From Spizellomyces punctatus DAOM BR117 (lineage: Eukaryota), in the NCBI GenBank assembly GCA_000182565.2, contig KQ257455.1: 64,000 nucleotides of DNA. The stretch is one strand, 5' to 3'. The position numbers were made by a program, and so were the translations under genes. Under the pieces are notes generated by a model that was not told the origin of the DNA, ran no database searches, and saw only the letters and a list, made by a program, of their open reading frames with translations. Below are positions 23,657 through 32,465 of this stretch, piece after piece (position 1 is the stretch's first letter; each line of letters starts with the position of its first letter).

Positions 23657-26352
23657 TATTGAAACTTAGCGCTTGGAACACTGATTTCCCGTGTAGAAAT
23701 CACTTCTGAAAGACCTAGTAATGCCTGTGGCCGCTAGTAAGACTTCTGGGTGCAGTAACTTGTGGGATAACATGCTTGTATTAATCCAGAGACGTGCAAA
23801 AGCCCCCTTTATATAACCCAGTACATTCTCCAGCCTCCCTCCGCCTTTGTTTACTGTTTACATGCTTCAGCCCACTTGTTTACATGCTCAGCCATGCTCA
23901 GCAGTGCTCAGCAGTGCTCAGCAGCTTCAGCCATGCCTTGGCAAACATTACCTGAAGATCTAGATCATCACAAACCTTCCAGACCTTCTAAGAGTGCTTA
24001 CATGATGATTTACCCCTTTAAATCATTCCCACGCGCGTCTGTGATCATTCTGATTACTCTAAGTCCAATTCCCCACGTTGTAACTTAGCCAAATCAGATG
24101 TGAACTGTCTAATGACATCCCAGCATGATCTCACATGATTTATAGATCATACAGCGTGGTTTAAGCCTGAATCTCAACAAGTACTTTGCCCCACCATGAC
24201 TTGGTGTCTTCATGGGCCCACACACATCACTGTGAACCACCCCCAGCAGTAGAGCTGCTCTAGCTGCTTCTCCCTTTGGAAAGGGACGCCTGGTGATCTT
24301 TCCAATGGCACAGGCTTCGCATGGTGATGTTTCTGTGTGACTCTTGACCTCCAGACCGCTTCCCAGCTGGTTCCTAGCCAAGATTTTGATGCTGTTGACG
24401 TTCAGGTGTCCTAACCTGCGATGCCAGAGGTCCAAACTCATTCCAGAGGCTATGTTTGCATGTTCTCTTGCATGAAACATGTATAGACCGCCACCTAGAG
24501 TTCCCTGGATTGCTTCCTGACCATCTGAAGTCTTGATACAGCATCCCTTGCTGCCAAACTCAACTTTGGCACCATTTTCAGTGGCTCTTCTTACTGAAAA
24601 CAAGTTCTTTTCAAGCTTGGGAACAAACCACACGTCTCTGAGGGTACAGAATCGGTTTCTGCCTGTCTCAAGTGTGATCTGGCCCTTCCCTATTGCCTGA
24701 ACTGTTCTGTTGTCCGCCAGATGGACTTGAATTGGTGACATCTCCATGTAATTGGTCATCCAATCCTTCCTGTGTGACATGTGCTGTGAAGCACCCGAGT
24801 CCACAATCCACCAGACTGCTCCCTGAGAAGTTTTGGTGTCATCTCCTGACTGAGCAAAGAATAGGAACTCATTCTGAGTTGCCTGACTGGTGCTGGCTTG
24901 ATTGGCTTGTTGTTTGGTGTCCGCCAGAAACTTCCTGCAGTCCTTCTTGAAGTGACCCTTCTTGTTGCAATAGAAGCACTTCCCTGCTATCTTCTTGGTC
25001 CCACCATGCTTGCCAACCTTCTGCCCGCCATCCCTGCTGAAAAAGGCCTTCCCTTTGCTATCTCCTTCACCCCCAGCTTCCTTCCTGCGTGTTTCTTCAT
25101 GCAAAAGCCGTGATGTGAGGAATTCCAGTGTCAGAGAATCACTCCTGGCCTCCAAAGACACCACCAGCTGTTCATAACTCTCTGGTAGGCTGTAGAGTAG
25201 GGTGATGACTTGGTCTTCTTCACTGACTGGCGCCCCAATGGCCTCCAACTGCTGAGCCATTGTCCTGACCGTGTTTATGTGTCCCAACATGCCCCCAGCG
25301 CCGTCTTCCATCTTCAGAGTGAGAAATTTCCTCCTTAGATAGAGCCTACTGGCAATTCCCTTCCTTTGGTGGATGTCACTGAGCTTTAACCAGGCCTTCT
25401 TTGCAGTTACAGCGGTCTGTACATGCATGAGTTGGGCATCACTCAGTGACAGAGCAATTACTGCCATTGCCCGCTCATCCCTTCTCCTCCAATCCTTCTC
25501 AGAGGTTCCCTCCATGCTCTCATCTCCTTCAATCACACCCCACAGCCCCTTTTCCTTCAGCAACATCGTCATTTTGAGCTTCCAGAGGTGGTAGTTCATG
25601 CCGTTGAACTTTTCCATTGTGAGTTTGGTGTCCAAGTCCGTGTTTGACATGTCTGACCTGATTTGGTGAATGGATTTGCCGTTGGGGAAGAGGTGAAATC
25701 GTCCTGGTGTGGTAGGTGGTCCAAATATGAGGTTGGGAAGAGGATAGGTCCGTCAGGAAGATGGTGTGGCCGTCAGAAAAGAGATTTGAAGCAGGAAAAT
25801 ATCAGTGATAGCTATCAGGGCTCATAACCTATTGAAACTTAGCGCTTGGAACACTGATTTCCCGTGTAGAAATCACTTCTGAAAGACCTAGTAATGCCTG
25901 TGGCCGCTAGTAAGACTTCTGGGTGCAGTAACTTGTGGGATAACACGCTTGTATTAATCCAGAGACATGCAAAAGCCCCCTTTATATAACCCAGTACATT
26001 CTCCAGCCTCCCTCCGCCTTTGTTTACTGTTTACATGCTTCAGCCCACTTGTTTACATGCTCAGCCGTGCTCAGCAGTGCTCAGCAGTGCTCAGCAGCTT
26101 CAGCCATGCCTTGGCAAACATTACCTGAAGATCTAGATCATCACAAACCTTCCAGACCTTCTAAGAGTGCTTACATGATGATTTACCCCTTTAAATCATT
26201 CCCACGCGCGTCTGTGATCATTCTGATTACTCTAAGTCCAATTCCCCACGTTGTAACTTAGCCAGATCAGATGTGAACTGTCCAATGACATCCCAGCATG
26301 ATCTCACATGATTTATAGATCATACAGCGTGGTTTAAGCCTGAATCTCAACA
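23657..26352 (-). mobile_element. Internally truncated Ty1/Copia element (Copia-A1) inserted in the Copia-B integrase
   Basis: 523-bp LTRs at 23657-24179 and 25830-26352; AATGT TSD; PBS GGTTATGAGCCCTG; carries only gag, PR and the integrase N-terminus; no PPT. Confidence 0.92.
24109..25650 (-). CDS. Copia-A Gag (UBN2-type, CCHC knuckle), protease and GAG-pre-integrase; reads into the LTR
   Basis: FNGMNYHLW, LLYSLPESY, CFYCNKKGHFKKDC, WIVDSGASQHM, LWHRRLGH, CEAC, HSDVCGP. The last ~23 aa are LTR-derived. Confidence 0.9.
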   Translation of the reverse strand: MSNTDLDTKLTMEKFNGMNYHLWKLKMTMLLKEKGLWGVIEGDESMEGTSEKDWRRRDERAMAVIALSLSDAQLMHVQTAVTAKKAWLKLSDIHQRKGIASRLYLRRKFLTLKMEDGAGGMLGHINTVRTMAQQLEAIGAPVSEEDQVITLLYSLPESYEQLVVSLEARSDSLTLEFLTSRLLHEETRRKEAGGEGDSKGKAFFSRDGGQKVGKHGGTKKIAGKCFYCNKKGHFKKDCRKFLADTKQQANQASTSQATQNEFLFFAQSGDDTKTSQGAVWWIVDSGASQHMSHRKDWMTNYMEMSPIQVHLADNRTVQAIGKGQITLETGRNRFCTLRDVWFVPKLEKNLFSVRRATENGAKVEFGSKGCCIKTSDGQEAIQGTLGGGLYMFHAREHANIASGMSLDLWHRRLGHLNVNSIKILARNQLGSGLEVKSHTETSPCEACAIGKITRRPFPKGEAARAALLLGVVHSDVCGPMKTPSHGGAKYLLRFRLKPRCMIYKSCEIMLGCH

Positions 26353-28355
26353 AATGTGAGCACATATCTGGCTCCACCAAGCGATTTGGTGCGCATTGGT
26401 CCACATATGTTGCTACATATGACCTCCAAAAGCTGGTAACTCTTCTTGGGTGATTCAGGAAAGGGCAATCGCATTTGTTTACCCTTCTGACATCCATCAC
26501 AAAGCTGGTCTTCAACCACTGCTTTGCCATCAAAATTAAGACCATCAACCATACTGGTGAGCATCTTCAAATTGCCATAACTTAAATGGCCTAAGTGCCA
26601 ATGCCACAGCTTCAGTTTCCCACCATCCTGCTTCTCAGGGCGACCCAAACCTTGGTCTTCATGCTGTACTTCAGCTCCCATCACTTGGGAGTCACAGCTC
26701 ATGCTGCCAGGGTAAGCAGCAAGCTTGTAAAGCTCCCCTTCCCTGTTTCCTGCAGCAAACAATCGCTTATCTAGATGGAATTCCACTCCTCCAGACTGCG
26801 AAAAGGTGACATCCATGCCATTGTCAATAATGGCTCTGATAGACAGAAGATTGCAGCCCAACTCTGGGGCATACAGGATGTCCTGCAACACCACCTGCCG
26901 TCGATGTTGTTGTCCTGGAGTCTCCAACTCCAGGGGGATAGTGCCAATGCCTTCTGCATTGATAACTTCATCATTTGCAAGCACAATTTGTCATGAAATG
27001 GGCCTCAGATTGACAAAGAGTTCTTTGTGGGGACTCATATGCTGGCTACAGCCCGAATTGACTATAAATTGGACCTTCTTGCTGTAAGATTGCTGTGGTA
27101 GCTTCCTGCTAATCAAAGCAATGGCTTTTGCATTGTCCTGTTGACCATCCATTTGTTTATCCACAGCCAGCTTGGCTGTACTGTCTCCCTTGGCTGTTCC
27201 AGTGGTTTGTGACCCGCTCTTCTCCTTCATGGCACATTGGTATGCAAGATGGCCTGGGTTCCCACAGGTAAAACAGGTCTTCTGCATCGTCTGCTTCTTG
27301 CCATTGGTGCCATTGGTCACCTTTCCATAGCTCTGGGAGTTGTGGGACTGTTTCTGGTCGTCATATTGGTTCGTCTTAGCCACATTGACATGAGCTTTCG
27401 TCCCCTGCTTTGACTGGTTGAATACCCATGGGTTGTTGATGTATTCCAGTCTCAAAACAGCCAATTTGAGCATCTCCATGCTGTCCAAGTTCGATGGATT
27501 TGCCTCAATGCTGGCTCTCAAATCCTTGCACAATCCTTGCAGGAATAATACCTTCATCACCTCGTCATGCAGCACTGTTGTTTGCATGGATAGATTGGTG
27601 AACTGGTCAATAAACTCGACAATGGTGAGGTTCTCTGTGTCCTGAGAGATGTTGAAAAGTCTCTCCAGAGTTTTCCTCTGGTAATCTGGGGGTGTGAAGT
27701 GCTCAAGCAGAGCCTTCCACAGCTGACTCCAAGTCCTGATTCACCTTGGATCATCCTCCTCAACCTCTGTGAGGTGGTTCCCCCAAAAAACCTCTGCAGA
27801 ATCCTTCAGCTTCAACGTGGCAACCTTCAGTTCCAGTCTGGGGGGCAGTTCTGCTATGCTGAAGTACTCTTCAAGTTTGCGCACAAACTCTAGCAGCTTA
27901 TTAGTGTTGCTACCACCATGGTAGCGAGGGACTTCTTCCCTCAAAGTCTGTAGCACCTGCTTCTCTTCCTCATGAGAGAATGTGCTCCAAGAGCCTACTG
28001 ACTTGATATCTGCATCCCTATGCCTCAAGTTCTGCTCTGGTTTGAATGGCGCCTCCTGCACCATCATAGGAAGTGTTTCTGCGGCTCTAGCTGGCTGGGT
28101 TTGGGTCCTCTGTCCCAAAACTTCCTGAATATTGTTCAGAAGCTCTCTTCTGAACATCCTCATCTCGTCCTTGAACTCCAAAAAGGACTCCTGAGTGAGG
28201 TACTGGGGCTCGTCTTGAGCTTCCAGGTAACTACTGATGTCATCGTCCTGAGCTTGCTGAGCTTCCCTTCTGGTGTGCTCTTCAATCTCCTCAAACTGAC
28301 CAGAAACAGACATCTTTCTCTTTCCCTTTTGTGCTGATGTTCTGTCCAGGGGCAT
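26353..28355 (-). pseudogene. Copia-B 5' part: Ty3/Gypsy-like Gag, zinc knuckle, Copia protease, integrase N-terminus
   Basis: Three same-frame ORFs split by TGA at 27741 and 26991. Motifs: VPRYHG..FVRKLEEYF, TWSQLWKALLEHF, FLQGLCKDLR, CFTCGNPGHLAYQC, FIVNSGCSQHM, CNLLSI, LWHWHLGH, CDGC. Confidence 0.88.
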
Positions 28356-29509
28356 CCTTTGCTTCTGGTTTCAATACACTGCTCAGTAGTTTATATTCGC
28401 GTTGTTCTCAGCTGTCTGACAGGCAACCAGGGCTCATAACCTGTTGGGGAAGTTGAGAAATAGGTGTTATCCTACAACTAGACTGGATGCACCTGAGAGG
28501 TGGATAGCCATGTTAGAAGCTATGCCATCGCTAGAGAACGTCTCTGGGGACTTTGTGTCGAAAGAGCAGTGAAAGAGTTATATTACAGAAAGAAAAATGG
28601 GGTCCTAAATATAGTACAGATCACATGATGACAACCTGATTTCGACCTCTAAGTTTTGGGCGCATAAAGCAACTAACTACAAAAGTGTTTTGACAAGCTT
28701 GTAGCGCGGATTCAGGGCTTTCTAGAACCGTCTTGGTCTTGTCAATAAGTTAATAACTCGCTAAGTTATTCAAGTTACCGTCCCATGGCAACTTCAATGA
28801 AATCAATCAATTAATTCCAACAAGGAAGGGGAATTTGTTTCAGACACATGTCTCTGATGCACATTTTGCTTTCAGGAGCATGACTTGCTTAATTTAGGTA
28901 AATCAACCTTTAGACATGCCTTCTTACTAACACTTGTTTCAGAGATGTGCACCTGCCATTTTAAGACTAAAACCCTAACCCTAACCCTAAGTCCAAACTA
29001 CTATACTACTGATACTACTAACTGACCAACTAACTAAAGACAAAGTAACTAACAGAAGAATTCTGTTACACATATCTACCATCACTCACACACATTCAGT
29101 CCTGCATAATATGGGATAGTGGAACTATATTAGGGTATATGGAATTTCATTCTTGTAAATATATGCCAGCACCTTTGGTAATTCCTCCAGACTTATACCT
29201 ATTTATCTACCTCTCCAGGCTATAACCTTGCATTAATCCTCTATAATTGGGTAAAATAATTAATATATATTATAATTTACTTCAAGACCTGAATCATGCA
29301 GAAGCTGCAGGAACCACCATGGTAGTAGGTATTTTTTATAATAATAATAATCAGTACCTAGCATCAGATTGGGGAAAACTGGGCAAGCTTACAAGGCATA
29401 GAACATATATCCACATATTATACAGGCAAGAAGATCTATATTTATCTGCAAATGGCTTCTCAAGCTGAGACTCAAGGCAGATAGCTCTGTACAGCCGCAC
29501 AAAGCAACC

Positions 29510-29691
29510 CCAGTAAATCTGAAGTGGAACTCCTTCTTGGTTGCTGTGGTGCTTTCTCTGCATCCTAAAATTTGTCACCAGTAGTTTCTGATACTGAAGA
29601 CTCTTCTGGAGTGATGCTAGATGGCCTCTTAGTTTCTCCATCTGTATGTGGCCCTTGTTCATCATCCAAAGTTTAAGCTTTCCCTCCCAGA
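29510..29691 (-). mobile_element. Degenerate fragment of a Copia-A-related INT-RT linker
   Basis: Translates as ETKRPSSITPEESSVSE, matching ETQRPSSITPDNSSASE in 32460-34307. Confidence 0.65.
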
Positions 29692-30148
29692 TATTGAGAT
29701 TCTGGCTTAAACCACGCTGTATGATCTATAAATCATGTGAGATCATGCTGGGATGTCATTAGACAGTTCACATCTGATTTGGCTAAGTTACAACGTGGGG
29801 AATTGGACTTAGGGTAATCAGAACGATCACAGACACGTGTGGGAATGATTTAAAGGGGTAAATCATCATGTAAGCACTCTTAGAAGGTCTGGAAGGTTTG
29901 TGATGATCTAGATCTTCAGGTAATGTTTGCCAAGGCATGGCTGAAGCTGCTGAGCACTGCTGAGCATGGCTGAGCATGTAAACAAGTGGGCTGAAGCATG
30001 TAAACAGTAAACAAAGGCGGAGGGAGGCTGGAGAATGTACTGGGTTATAAAAAGGGGGCTTTTGAACATCTCTGGATTAATACAAGTGTGTTATCCCACA
30101 AGTTACTGCACCCAGAAGTCTTACTAGCGGCCACAGGCATTACTAGGC
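29692..30148 (+). repeat. Copia-A LTR in the opposite orientation, 3'-truncated by the LTR-C insertion
   Basis: Reverse complement of the 523-bp LTR-A, missing about the last 55 bp. Confidence 0.9.
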
Positions 30149-30637
30149 TGTAACAGGCTAGCAGGGACAAGAAGACAACAGAAAACTAGGGAAGACTTGG
30201 TTACTCTTGTTATTTTTCTTTGAGGGGCCTCAGAGAGGTCCTCTTTTTATAGACAAAGGGGCTGACAAATGCTATATCCTAACTACCCAATCAGATCTCA
30301 CCCACATCATCCTAAACTATTTGTCAGCCTATTGCACCATTTGCAACCAATCAGAACTCATACATGTCATCCTAAACTATTTGTCAGCCTATTGCACCAT
30401 TTATAGCCAATCACAAGTGAGACAAATCATCCTAAATACACTGTGCCACTTGATTGAAAGGGGCAGATGCCAGTGTGTCAGGATACTCATCTAATTTAGC
30501 CAGAAATGGCTAAATCTGCTTATTTATCTAATTCTGGTCAAATGAATGTTGACACCATCAGCAAAGTCATGTGCCCACTAGTTTGGAACCACATCTAACC
30601 AGTATAACCATAGCACTGACAGAAGAATTCTGTCACA
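30149..30637 (-). repeat. LTR family C (489 bp) with an internal 60-bp CCAAT-containing tandem repeat
   Basis: TGTAACA...TGTCACA ends; unit ccaatcag...tcatcctaaactatttgtcagcctattgcaccattt repeated about 2.5 times at ~30287-30436. Confidence 0.8.
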
Positions 30638-32465
30638 CTTAAGGAGGCTCACATGGAACACTGGGTGGATCTTCATGGTGCTGGGGAGCTCCAGGGTGTA
30701 ATTCTGAAATTCATCCTTGGCCTTGATTCTGTAAGGTCCAAGCCAGGGGTGAAGAAGTTTCTGGGCTGGCCTCTGGGCTTCTTCTTCTGGGGTGATACCT
30801 TCTCTAGATAGCCAAACTTTGGAGCCTAGGGGGTAGCTTGGGGCCTTGCTGAGAGACTTGTTGGCTTGCTGAACTTGTCTTTCTTGGGCCAGTATCATGT
30901 TATCCTTGGCTACTTGAAGCAGTTGCTGAATATACTGGTGGAAGTCTGTTGCTTCAAGATCATTGCTTTCTCCTGGTGGTGTTGCTGGGGTCCTGGGATG
31001 CTGGCCATTCTTCAAGTAGAATGGGGTAAAGCCTGTGGTTTCTGAGATACTGTTGTTGTAGGCAAACTCAGCAAAGGGGAGAAGATCTTCCCAATTCTTC
31101 ATGTTGTACTGCAGGAAAGCTCTGAGGTAAATCTTCAAAGTCTTGATGGTTCTCTCTGCCTGTCCATTGGTCTGCTGGTGCCTTGCAGTGGCTAGGAGGG
31201 TGTTGCAGCCTAAGAGTTGCATCAAGTTGGACCAGAATGAACTGGTGAACTTGGTGTCTATGTCTGATACAATCACTTCTGGGAGGCCATGGTGCTTGAA
31301 GATGTGCTTCAAGAAGAGCAGGGCCAGGTCCTTGGCTGAGGCTTTGGTGGTGGTAGGGATGAAGTGGCCTCTCTTTGACAATCTGTCAACAATGACAAAG
31401 ATGGCATTGTGATCAGAGGAAGTCATAGGTAGGTCAGGGATCAGGTCAATGGAGATCTGGCTCCATCTGGTCTTAGGTACTGGGAGGGGCTGCAGCAAGC
31501 CTGCTGGTGGTTGCTGACTAGGTTTGCTTCTCTGGCAGGAATCACAAGACTTGACATACTTCTTAATGTCCTTGTACATCCTTGGCCAGTAGTAATGCCT
31601 TGCTAGGGCATCATGGGTCTTGGTGATGCCAAAGTGTCCAGCATATTGAGTGTCAGGGGTTTCTTGGAGTAGGCTCAACCTTAGGTCTGGGTCACTAGGA
31701 ACAAAGATCCTGTCCTGGAAATAGAGTAACCCATCTTGATGGCTGAGGTACTTGAGCCTTTGTTGCTGGTCTTCTGGTCTCCTGGGGTCATCCAAAGCTT
31801 GGATGAGCTCTTGAAGTTCTGGGTCTTCTGTGGTACTGGTCTTCAATCTCTCTTGAAGGGTGCTGGTGGTGTGGGTCACAGCATTCAACTCTGCTGTCAC
31901 CAAGGCCTTGCACTTGATGCATCTTGGGGCCAGGTCTGGTCTTCTAGACAGGATGTCTGCCACTGTGTGGAGTCTTCCTGGGCCATAGCCAATCTCAAAG
32001 TCAAAAGATTGGAAATTCATGACCCATCTGGCTTGTCTTCTGGTCAAGAAGGGCTGGTTCTGTAGCCACTTGAGGGACTGGTGGTCTGAGATAACTTTGA
32101 AGGGGGTTCCTTCCAGGTAGGGCCTCCAAACTCTGAGGGCATCATGGATGGCTAACAGCTCTTGTTCTCTGGTGTCATATCTGGTCTCTGCTGGGGCCAT
32201 CTTCCTGGAGTGGTAGGCAACTGGTCTCATGCCTTTCCCATCATCCTGTCCAAGCCATGCACCAACTGCATAGCCTGAGGCATCAGGGAAGACAGTGGTA
32301 GGCAAGGCTGGGTCAAAGGGTCTGAGTACAGGGGCTTTGGTGACCATATCCTTCAGCTGCTGAAAAGCTTTCTCCTGAGGTTCAGACCAGGTCCAGGGCT
32401 TGTCATTTCTCAACAGGTCTGTCAATGGTGCAGCTTGCTCTGCCAGGTCCTTCAGAAAGCTATGG
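30638..32465 (-). mobile_element. Ty3/Gypsy pol fragment (RT tether, RNase H, integrase to the GPY/F motif)
   Basis: ORF 30578-32425: PDASGYAVG, EQELLAI, ISDHQSL, GHFG, CDSC, IDLIPDLP, QTNGQAER, WLGPY, HPVFHVSLLK. Confidence 0.92.

Larger units (their letters stand above)
19834..28822 (-). mobile_element. Full-length Copia-order LTR retrotransposon (Copia-B) with Gypsy-type Gag and chromodomain, interrupted by Copia-A
   Basis: 381-bp TG...CA LTRs at 19834-20214 and 28442-28822; AGGAA TSD; PBS GGTTATGAGCCC; PPT GGGCGAGGGGAAG; order Gag-PR-INT-chromodomain-RT-RH. Confidence 0.93.
19621..29070. mobile_element. Solo LTR (family C-like) split by the Copia-B insertion; pieces 19621-19833 and 28828-29070
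   Basis: TGTTACA...TGTTACA ends; CATAT TSD at 19616-19620 and 29071-29075; both ends resemble the LTR at 30149-30637 (gcagggacaagaagac, agaagaattctgt). Confidence 0.85.

Noticed and set aside
22628-24155. Apparent tandem duplication of integrase plus LTR-A
   Set aside because: The copies sit on either side of a 100-N gap and differ only near the contig end; most simply unmerged overlapping contig ends.
11407-28355. UGA recoding or alternative genetic code explaining in-frame TGA stops
   Set aside because: Host genes end in TGA and use TGG for Trp; the stops accompany many other CpG transitions, so CGA>TGA is sufficient.
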